From contig JAUCBJ010008176.1 of assembly GCA_032718475.1 (NCBI GenBank), positions 1 through 64,000 of the forward strand: a stretch of 64,000 bases of DNA. Direction: 5' to 3'. Under the pieces are notes generated by a model, which searched no databases, was not told the DNA's origin, and worked only from the letters and a program-made list of their open reading frames with translations. The stretch comes from Nemertoderma westbladi (taxonomy: Eukaryota; Animalia; Xenacoelomorpha). Shown in pieces: positions 25,501-37,500 of the stretch. A program made the translations under genes and the position numbers. Each line of letters opens with the position of its first letter. Within the stretch, counting starts at the first letter, position 1.

Positions 25501-28500
25501 TGGGAAGACGGGAATGCAGGAAGATGGGAATGTGGGAAGACGGGAATTTGGAAGACGGGAATGTGGGAAGACTGGAATGTGGGAAGATGGAAATGTGTGA
25601 AGATGGAAATGCTGGAATATGGGAATGTGGGAAGTCGGGAATGCAGGGCGACGGGAATGTGGTAAGGTGTCTATATGGGCATGTGATGGAAGATCGATGG
25701 GAATGTGGTAAGGTGTCTAGATGGGCATGTGATGGAAGAAAGATGGGAATGTGGGAAAATGGATGGGAATGTGGGAAGTTGGGGAATTGGGAAGACGGGA
25801 AAGCAGGAAGATGGGAATGTGGGAAGACGGGAATGCAGGAAGATGGGAATGTGGGAAGACGGGAATGCAGGAAGATGGTAATGTGGGAAGATGGGAATGC
25901 AGGAAGATGGGAATGTGGGAAGACGGGAATTGGGAAGACGGGAATGTGGGAAGACGGGAATGCAGGAAGATGGGAATGTGGGAAGACGGGAATTTGGAAG
26001 ACGGGAATGTGGGAAGACTGGAATGTGGGAAGATGGAAATGTGTGAAGATGGAAATGCTGGAATATGGGAATGTGGGAAGTCGGGAATGCAGGGCGACGG
26101 GAATGTGGTAAGGTGTCTATATGGGCATGTGATGGAAGATCGATGGGAATGTGGGAAGATGGATTGGAATGTGGGAAGATGGGGAATTGGGAAGACGGGA
26201 ATGCAGGAAGATGAGATTGTGGGAAGACGGGAATGTGGTAAGGTGTCTAGATGGGCATGTGATGGAAGATGGATTAGAATGTGGGAAGATGGATGGGAAT
26301 GTGAGAAGATGGGGAATTGGGAAGACGGGAATGCAGGAAGATGGGAATATGGGAAGACTGGAATGTGGTAAGGTGTCTAGATGGACATGTGATGGAAGAT
26401 GGATTGGAATGTGGGAAGATGGATGGGAATGTGAGAAGATGGGGAATTGGGAAGATGGGGAATTGGGTAGACGGGAATGTGGTAAGGTGTCTAGATGGGC
26501 ATGTGATGGAAGATGGATTAGAATGTGGGAAGATGGATGGGAATGCAGGAAGATGGGAATATGGGAAGACGGGAATGTGGTAAGGTGTCTAGATGGACAT
26601 GTGATGGAAGATGGATTGGAATGTGGGAAGATGGATGGGAATGTGAGAAAATGGATGGGAATGTGGGAAGATGGGGAATTGGGTAGACGGGAATGCAGGA
26701 AGATGGGAATGTGGGAAGACGGGAATGCAGGAAGATAATTTGGGTTCTGATTATTTCTACAGATTCTCGCAGTCGTACCGGTCTCATACAGTTTGACACT
26801 GTTGACGATGCTGTTACAGCTGTGTTGCTAGGGAATGTGGTAAGGTGTCTAGATGGGCATGTGATGGAAGATGGATTGGAATGTGGGAAGATGGATGGGA
26901 ATGTGAGAAGATGGGGAATTGGGAAGACGGGAATGCAGGAAGATGGGAATGTGGTAAGGTGTCTAGATGGACATGTGATGGAAGATGGATTGGAATGTGG
27001 GAAGATGGATGGGAATGTGAGAAGATGGGGAATTGGGAAGATGGGAATGTGGTAAGGTGTCTAGATGGGCATGTGATGGAAGATGGATTGGAATATGGGA
27101 AGATGGATGGGAATGTTAGAAGATGGGGAATTGGGAAGATGGGAATGCAGGAAGACGGGAATGCAGGAAGATGGATGGGAATGTGGGAAAATGGATGGGA
27201 ATGTGGGAAGATGGATGGGAATGTGGGAAGATGGATGGGAATGTGGGAAGATGGATGGGAATGTGGGGAAATTGATGAGAATGTGGGAAGATGGGGAATT
27301 GGGAAGATGGGAATGCAGGAAGACGGGAATGCAGGAAGATGGATGGGAATGTGGGAAAATGGATGGGAATGTGGGAAGATGGATGGGAATGTGGGAAGAT
27401 GGATGGGAATGTGGGAAGATGGATGGGAATGTGGGGAAATGGATGGGAAGGTGGGAAGACGGGAATGCAGGAAGATGGGAATGTGGGAAGACGGGAATTG
27501 GGAAGACGGGAATGTGGGAAGGTGTCTAGATGGGCATGTGATGGAAGATGGATTGGAATGTGGGAAGATGGATGGGAATGTGAGAAGATGGGGAATTGGG
27601 AAGATGGGAATATGGTAAGGTGTCTAGATGGGCATGTGATGGAAGATGGATTGGAATATGGGAAGATGGATGGGAATGTGAGAAGATGGGGAATTGGGAA
27701 GACGGGGATGCAGAAAGATGGGAATGTGGGAAGATGGGAATGTGGGAAAATGGGAATGTGGGAAGACGGATGGGGATGTGAGAAGATGGGGAATTGGGAA
27801 GATGGGAATGCAGGAAGACGGGAATGCAGGAAGATGGATGGGAATGTGGGAAAATGGATGGGAATGTGGGAAGATGGATGGGAATGTGGGAAGATGGATG
27901 GGAATGTGGGAAGATGGATGGGAATGTGGGGAAATGGATGGGAATGTGGGAAGACGGGAATGCAGGAAGATGGGAATGTGGGAAGACGGGAATTGGGAAG
28001 ACGGGAATGTGGGAAGACTGGAATGTGGGAAGATGGAAATCTGTGAAGATGGAAATGCTGGAATATAATGTGGGAAGACGGGAATGCAGGGCGACGGGAA
28101 TGTGGGAAGACTGGAATGTGGGAAGATGGAAATGTGTGAAGATGGAAATGCTGGAATATGGGAATGTGGGAAGACGGGAATGCAGGGCGACGGGAATGCA
28201 GGAATATGGATGGAAATGTGGGGAAATTGATGGGAATGTGGGAAGATGGGGAATTGGGAAGATGGGAATGCAGGAAGACGGGAATGCAGGAAGATGGATG
28301 GGAATGTGGGAAAATGGATGGGAATGTGGGAAGATGGATGGGAATGTGGGAAGATGGATGGGAATGTGGGAAGATGGATGGGAATGTGGGAAGATGGTAA
28401 TGGTGGGAGATGGGAATGTGGGAAGACGGGAATGCAGGAAGATGGGAATGTGGTAAGGTGTCTAGATGGACATGTGATGGAAGATGGATTGGAATATGGG

Positions 28501-31500
28501 AAGATGGATGGGAATGTGAGAAGATGGGGAATTGGGAAGACGGGAATGCAGGAAGATGGGAATGTGGGAAGACGGGAATGCAGGAAGATGGGAATGTGGG
28601 AAGACGGGAATGTGGTAAGGTGTCTAGATGGGCATGTGATGGAAGATGGAATGGAATGTGGGAAGATGGATGGGAATGTGCGAAAATGGATGGGAATGTG
28701 GGAAGACGGGAATGTGGTAAGGTGTCTAGATGGGCATGTGATGGAAGATGGATTGGAATGTGGGAAGATGGATGGGAATGTGGGAAAATGGATGGGAATG
28801 TGGGAAGACGGGAATGTGGTAAGGTGTCTAGATGGGCATGTGATGGAAGATGGATTGGAATGTGGGAAGATGGATGAGAATGTGGGAAAATGGATGGGAA
28901 TGTGGTAAGATGGGGAATTGAGTAGACGGGAATGCAGGAAGATGGGAATGTGGGAAGACGGGAATGCAGGAACATGGGAATGTGGGAAGACGGGAATGTG
29001 GTAAGGTGTCTAGATAGGCATGTGATGGAAGATGGATTGGAATGTGGGAAGATAGATGGGAATGTGGGAAAATGGATGGGAATGTGGGAAGACAGGAATG
29101 TGGTAAGGTGTCTAGATGGACATGTGATGGAAGATGGATTGGAATGTGGGAAGATGGATGAGAATGAGGGAAAATGGATGGGAATGTGGGAAGATGGATG
29201 GGAATGCGGGAAGATGGATGGGAAAGTGGGGAGATGGATTGGAATGTGGGAAGATGGATGGGAATCTGGGAAGAAGGATGGGAATGTGGAAAGATAGATG
29301 GGAATATTGGAAGATGATAATGCGGGAAGACGGGAATGTGGTAAGGTGTCTAAATAGGCATGTGATGGAATATAGATGGGAATGTGGGAAGATGGATGGG
29401 AATGTGAGAAGATGGATGGGAATGTGGGAAGGTGGATGGGAATGTGGGGAGATGGATGGGAATGTGGGGAGATGGATGGGAATGTGGGAAGATGGATGGG
29501 AATGTAGGAAGATGGATGGGAATGTAGGAAGGTGGATGGGAATGTGGAAATAAGGATGGCAATGTGGAAAGATGGATGGGAATGTGGGAAGATGGATGGG
29601 AATGTGGAAAGATGGATGGGAATGTGAAAAGATGGATAGGAATGTGGAAAGATGTATGGGACTGTGAGAAGATTGGGAATTGGGAAGACGGGAATGCAGG
29701 AAGATGGGAATGTGGGAAGACGGGAATGTGGTAAGGTGTCTAGATGGGCATGTGATGGAAGATGGATTGGAATGTGGGAAGATGGATGGGAATGTGGGAA
29801 AATGGATGGGAATGTGGGAAGACGGGAATGTGGTAAGGTGTCTAGATGGGCATGTGATGGAAGATGGATTGGAATGTGGGAAGATGGATGAGAATGTGGG
29901 AAAATGGATGGGAATGTGGGAAGATGGGGAATTGGGTAGACGGGAATGCAGGAAGATGGGAATGTGGGAAGACGGGAATGTGGTAAGGTGTCTAGATGGG
30001 CATGTGATGGAAGATGGATTGGAATGTGGGAAGATGGATGGGAATGTGGGAAAATGGATGGGAATGTGGGAAGACGGGAATGTGGTAAGGTGTCTAGATG
30101 GGCATGTGATGGAAGATGGATTGGAATGTGGGAAGATGGATGGGAATGTGGGAAAATGGATGGGAATGTGGGAAGACGGGAATGTGGTAAGGTGTCTAGA
30201 TGGGCATGTGATGGAAGATGGATTGGAATGTGGGAAGATGGATGAGAATGAGAGAAAATGGATGGGAATATTGGGAAGATGGATGGGAATGTGGGAAGAT
30301 GGATGGGAAAGTGGGGAGATGGATTGGAATGTGGGGAGATGGATGGGAATCTGGGAAGATGGATGGGAATGTGGGAAGATAGATGGGAATATTGGAAGAT
30401 GATAATTCGGGAAGACGGGAATGTTGTAAGGTGTCTAAATAGGCATGTGATGGAAGATAGATGGGAATGTGGGAAGATGGATGGGAATGTGAGAAGATGG
30501 ATGGGAATGTGGGGAGATGGATGGGAATGTGGGGAGACGGATGGGGATGTGAGAAGATGGGGAATTGGGAAGATGGGAATGCAGGAAGACGGGAATGCAG
30601 GAAGATGGATGGGAATGTGGGAAAATGGATGGGAATGTGGGAAGATGGATGGGAATGTGGGAAGATGGATGGGAATGTGGGAAGATGGATGGGAATGTGG
30701 GGAAATGGATGGGAATGTGGGAAGACGGGAATGCAGGAAGATGGGAATGTGGGAAGACGGGAATTGGGAAGACGGGAATGTGGGAAGACTGGAATGTGGG
30801 AAGATGGAAATCTGTGAAGATGGAAATGCTGGAATATAATGTGGGAAGACGGGAATGCAGGGCGACGGGAATGTGGGAAGACTGGAATGTGGGAAGATGG
30901 AAATGTGTGAAGATGGAAATGCTGGAATATGGGAATGTGGGAAGACGGGAATGCAGGGCGACGGGAATGCAGGAATATGGATGGAAATGTGGGGAAATTG
31001 ATGGGAATGTGGGAAGATGGGGAATTGGGAAGATGGGAATGCAGGAAGACGGGAATGCAGGAAGATGGATGGGAATGTGGGAAAATGGATGGGAATGTGG
31101 GAAGATGGATGGGAATGTGGGAAGATGGATGGGAATGTGGGAAGATGGATGGGAATGTGGGAAGATGGTAATGGTGGGAGATGGGAATGTGGGAAGACGG
31201 GAATGCAGGAAGATGGGAATGTGGTAAGGTGTCTAGATGGACATGTGATGGAAGATGGATTGGAATATGGGAAGATGGATGGGAATGTGAGAAGATGGGG
31301 AATTGGGAAGACGGGAATGCAGGAAGATGGGAATGTGGGAAGACGGGAATGCAGGAAGATGGGAATGTGGGAAGACGGGAATGTGGTAAGGTGTCTAGAT
31401 GGGCATGTGATGGAAGATGGAATGGAATGTGGGAAGATGGATGGGAATGTGCGAAAATGGATGGGAATGTGGGAAGACGGGAATGTGGTAAGGTGTCTAG

Positions 31501-34500
31501 ATGGGCATGTGATGGAAGATGGATTGGAATGTGGGAAGATGGATGGGAATGTGGGAAAATGGATGGGAATGTGGGAAGACGGGAATGTGGTAAGGTGTCT
31601 AGATGGGCATGTGATGGAAGATGGATTGGAATGTGGGAAGATGGATGAGAATGTGGGAAAATGGATGGGAATGTGGTAAGATGGGGAATTGAGTAGACGG
31701 GAATGCAGGAAGATGGGAATGTGGGAAGACGGGAATGCAGGAACATGGGAATGTGGGAAGACGGGAATGTGGTAAGGTGTCTAGATAGGCATGTGATGGA
31801 AGATGGATTGGAATGTGGGAAGATAGATGGGAATGTGGGAAAATGGATGGGAATGTGGGAAGACAGGAATGTGGTAAGGTGTCTAGATGGACATGTGATG
31901 GAAGATGGATTGGAATGTGGGAAGATGGATGAGAATGAGGGAAAATGGATGGGAATGTGGGAAGATGGATGGGAATGCGGGAAGATGGATGGGAAAGTGG
32001 GGAGATGGATTGGAATGTGGGAAGATGGATGGGAATCTGGGAAGAAGGATGGGAATGTGGAAAGATAGATGGGAATATTGGAAGATGATAATGCGGGAAG
32101 ACGGGAATGTGGTAAGGTGTCTAAATAGGCATGTGATGGAATATAGATGGGAATGTGGGAAGATGGATGGGAATGTGAGAAGATGGATGGGAATGTGGGA
32201 AGGTGGATGGGAATGTGGGGAGATGGATGGGAATGTGGGGAGATGGATGGGAATGTGGGAAGATGGATGGGAATGTAGGAAGATGGATGGGAATGTAGGA
32301 AGGTGGATGGGAATGTGGAAATAAGGATGGCAATGTGGAAAGATGGATGGGAATGTGGGAAGATGGATGGGAATGTGGAAAGATGGATGGGAATGTGAAA
32401 AGATGGATAGGAATGTGGAAAGATGTATGGGACTGTGAGAAGATTGGGAATTGGGAAGACGGGAATGCAGGAAGATGGGAATGTGGGAAGACGGGAATGT
32501 GGTAAGGTGTCTAGATGGGCATGTGATGGAAGATGGATTGGAATGTGGGAAGATGGATGGGAATGTGGGAAAATGGATGGGAATGTGGGAAGACGGGAAT
32601 GTGGTAAGGTGTCTAGATGGGCATGTGATGGAAGATGGATTGGAATGTGGGAAGATGGATGAGAATGTGGGAAAATGGATGGGAATGTGGGAAGATGGGG
32701 AATTGGGTAGACGGGAATGCAGGAAGATGGGAATGTGGGAAGACGGGAATGTGGTAAGGTGTCTAGATGGGCATGTGATGGAAGATGGATTGGAATGTGG
32801 GAAGATGGATGGGAATGTGGGAAAATGGATGGGAATGTGGGAAGACGGGAATGTGGTAAGGTGTCTAGATGGGCATGTGATGGAAGATGGATTGGAATGT
32901 GGGAAGATGGATGGGAATGTGGGAAAATGGATGGGAATGTGGGAAGACGGGAATGTGGTAAGGTGTCTAGATGGGCATGTGATGGAAGATGGATTGGAAT
33001 GTGGGAAGATGGATGAGAATGAGAGAAAATGGATGGGAATATTGGGAAGATGGATGGGAATGTGGGAAGATGGATGGGAAAGTGGGGAGATGGATTGGAA
33101 TGTGGGGAGATGGATGGGAATCTGGGAAGATGGATGGGAATGTGGGAAGATAGATGGGAATATTGGAAGATGATAATGCGGGAAGACGGGAATGTTGTAA
33201 GGTGTCTAAATAGGCATGTGATGGAAGATAGATGGGAATGTGGGAAGATGGATGGGAATGTGAGAAGATGGATGGGAATGTGGGGAGATGGATGGGAATG
33301 TGGGGAGATGGATGGGAATGTGGGGAGATGGATGGGAATGTGGGAAGATGGATGAGAATGTGGGAAGATGGATGGGAATGTGGAACGATGTATGGGAATG
33401 TGGGAACATGGATGGGAATGTGGGAAGATGGATGGGAATGTAGGAAGGTGGATGGGAATGTGGAAATAAGGATGGGAATGTGGAAAGATGGATGGGAATG
33501 TGGGAAAATGGATGGGAATGTGAGAAGATGGATGGGAATGTGGAAAGATGCATGGGAATGTGGGAAAATGGATGGGAATGTGGGAATGTAGGAAGATGGA
33601 TGGGAATGTGGAAATATGGATGGGAATGTGGAAAGATGGATGGGAATGTAAGAAGATGGATGGGAATGTGGAAAGATGGATAGGAATGTGGGAAGATGGA
33701 TGGGAATGTGGGAAGATGGATGGGAATGTTGGAAGATGGAGGGGAATGTGGAAAGATGGATGGAATGTGGGGAGATGGATGAGAATGAGAGAAAATGGAT
33801 GGGAATGTGGGAATATGGATGGGAATGTAGGAAGATGGATGGGAATGTGGAAATATGGATGGGAATGTGGAAAGATGGATGGGAATGTAAGAAGATGGAT
33901 GGGAATGTGGAAAGATGGATAGGAATGTGGGAAGATGGATGGGAATGTGGAAAGATGGATGGGAATGTAAGAAGATGGATGGGAATGTGGAAAGATGGAT
34001 AGGAATGTGGGAAAATGGATGGGAATGTGGGAATATGGATGGGAATGTAGGAAGATGGATGGGAATGTGGAAATATGGATGGGAATGTGGAAAGATGGAT
34101 GGGAATGTAAGAAGATGGATGGGAATGTGGAAAGATGGATAGGAATGTGGGAAGATGGATGGGAATGTGGAAAGATGGATGGGAATGTAAGAAGATGGAT
34201 GGGAATGTGGAAAGATGGATAGGAATGTGGGAAGATGGATGGGAATGTAGGAAGGTGGATGGGAATGTGGAAATAAGGATGGCAATGTGGAAAGATGGAT
34301 GGGAATGTGGGGAGATGGATGGAAGGTGGAAAGATGGATGGGAATGTGGAAAGATGGATGGGAATGTGGGAAAATGGATTGGAATGTTGGAAGACGGATT
34401 GGAATGTCGGAAGATGGTAACGGTGGGAGATGGGAATGCGGGATCCAACTCCAGGCCAAGTTTGATTTCATATAAACTCACTATATTCCAATTCCAGTCC

Positions 34501-37500
34501 CTGCAGATTGATTTTAAATAAACTCACTGCATTCCAACTCCAGTCCTTCGAGGTTGATTTTATTTATATAAACGCACTGTATTCAAACCACAGTCATTAG
34601 AGGTTGATTTTATTTATATAAACTCACTGTATTCCAACTCCAGTCCTTAGAGGTTGATTTTATTTATATAAACTCACTGCATTCCAACCACAGTCCTTAG
34701 AGGTTGGTTTTATTTATATAAACTCACTGTATTCCAACTCCAGTCATTAGAGGTTGATTTTATTTATATAAACTCTTTGTATTCCAACCACAGTCCTTAG
34801 AGGTTGATTTTATTTATATAAACTCACTGTATTCCAACCACAGTCCTTAGAGTTTGATTTTATTTATATAAACTCACTGTATTCCAACTCCAGTCCTTAG
34901 AGGTTGATTTTATTTATATAAACTCACTATATTCCAACCACAGTCCTTAGAGGTTTATTTTATTTATATAAACTCACTGTATTCCAACTCCAGACCTTAG
35001 AGGTTGATTTTATTTATATTAACTCACTTTATTCCAACTCCAGTCCTTAGAGATTGATTTTATTTATATAAACTCACTGTATTCCAACCACAGTCCTTAG
35101 AGTTTTGATTTTATTTATATAAACTCACTGTATTCAAAGCACAGTGCTAAGAGGTTGATTTTATTTATATAAACTCATTGTATTCCAACTCCAGTCCTTA
35201 GAGGTTGATTTTATTTATATAAACTCACTGTATTCCAACTCCAGTCCTTAGAGGTTGATTTTATTTATATAAACTCACTGTATTCAAACCACAGTCATTA
35301 GAGGTTGATTTTATTTATATAAACTCACTGTATTCCAACTCCAGTCCTTAGATGTTGATTTTATTTATATAAACTCACTGTATTCAAACCACAGTCATTA
35401 GAGGTTGATTTTATTTATATAAACTCACTGTATTCCAACTCCAGTCCTTAGATGTTGATTTTATTTATATAAACTCACTGTATTCAAAGCACAGTGCTAA
35501 GAGGTTGATTTTATTTATATAAACTCATTGTATTCCAACTCCAGTCCTTAGAGGTTGATTTTATTTATATAAACTCACTGTATTCCAACTCCAGTCCTTA
35601 GAGGTTGATTTTATTTATATAAACTCACTGTATTCAAACCACAGTCATTAGAGGTTGATTTTATTTATATAAACTCACTGTATTCCAACTCCAGTCCTTA
35701 GATGTTGATTTTATTTATATAAACTCACTGTATTCCAACTCCAGTCCTTAGAGGTTGATTTTATTTATATAAACTCACTGTATTCCAACTCCAGTCCTTA
35801 GAGGTTGATTTTATATATATAAACTCATTGTATTCCAACTCCAGTCCTTAGAGGTTGATTTTATTTATATAAACTCACTGTATTCAAACTCCAGTCCTTA
35901 GAGGTTAATTTTATTTATATTAACTCACTTTATTCCAACTCCAGTCCTTAGAGGTTGATTTTATTTATATAAACTCATTGTATTCCAACCACAGTCCTTA
36001 GAGGTTGGTTTTATTTATATAAACTCACTTTATTTCAACTCCAGTCCTTAGAGGTTGATTTTATTTATATAAACTCACTATATTCCAACCACAGTCCTTA
36101 GAAGTTGATTTTATTTATACAAACTCACTGCATTCCAACTCCAGTCCTTAGGTTGATGTTATTTATATAAACTCACTGTATTCAAACTCCAGTCCTTAGA
36201 GGTTGATTTTATTTATATTAACTCACTTTATTCCAACTCCAGTCCTTAGAGGTTGATTTTATTTATATAAACTCATTGTATTCCAACCACAGTCCTTAGA
36301 GGTTGGTTTTATTTATATAAACTCACTTTATTTCAACTCCAGTCCTTAGAGGTTGATTTTATTTATATAAACTCACTATATTCCAACTTCAGTCCTTAGA
36401 AGTTGATTTTATTTATACAAACTCACTGCATTCCAACTCCAGTCCTTAGAGGTTGGTTTTATTTATATAAACTCACTTTATTTCAACTCCAGTCCTTAGA
36501 GGTTGATGTTATTTATATAAACTCATTGTATTCCAACCACAGTCCTTAGAGGTTGGTTTTATTTATATAAACTCACTTTATTTCAACTCCAGTCCTTAGA
36601 GGTTGATGTTATTTATATAAACTCACTGTATTCCAACCACAGTCCTTAGAGGTTGATTTTATTTATATAGACTCACTGTATTCCAACCCCAGTCCTTAGA
36701 GGTTGATTGTATTTATATAAACACACTGCATTCCAAATCCAGTCCTTAGAGGTTGATTTTATTTATATAAACTCACTGTATTCAAACCACAGTTCTTGGA
36801 GGTTGATTTTATTTATATAAACTCACTTTATTCCAACTCCAGTCCTTAGAGGTTGATTTTATTTATATATTTAAACTCACTGCATTCCAACTCCAGTCCT
36901 TAGAGGTTGATTTTATTTATATAAACTCACTACATTCCAACCACAGTCCTTAGAGGTTGATTTTATTTATATAAACTCACTTTATTCCAACTCCAGTCCT
37001 TAGAGGTTGATTGTATTTATATAAACTCACTGCATTCCAACTCCAGTCCATACAGTTTGATTTTATTTATATAAACTCACTTTATTCCAACTCCAGTCCT
37101 TAGAGGTTGATTTTATTTATATAAACTCACTGTATTCCAACCACAGTCCTTAGAGTTTGATTTTATTTATATAAACTCACTGTATTCCAAACACAGTCCT
37201 TAGAGGTTGATTTTATTTATATAAACTCACTGTATTCCAACTCCAGTCCTTAGAGGTTGATTTTATTTATATAAACTCACTGCATTCCAACCACAGTCCT
37301 TAGAGGTTGGTTTTCTTTATATAAACTCACTGTATTCCAACTCCAGTCATTAGAGGTTGATTTTATTTATATAATCTCACTGTATTCCAACCACAGTCCT
37401 TAGTGGTTGATTTTATTTATATAAACTCACTGTATTCCAACTCCAGTTCTTAGAGGCTGATTTTATTTATATAAACTCACTGCATTCCAACCACAGTCAT

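Noticed and set aside
24718-34521. Dozens of long ORFs (MGMWEDG.../PHSHPSS...) of up to 619 aa
   Set aside because: Artefacts of a stop-poor satellite, open in several frames on both strands.
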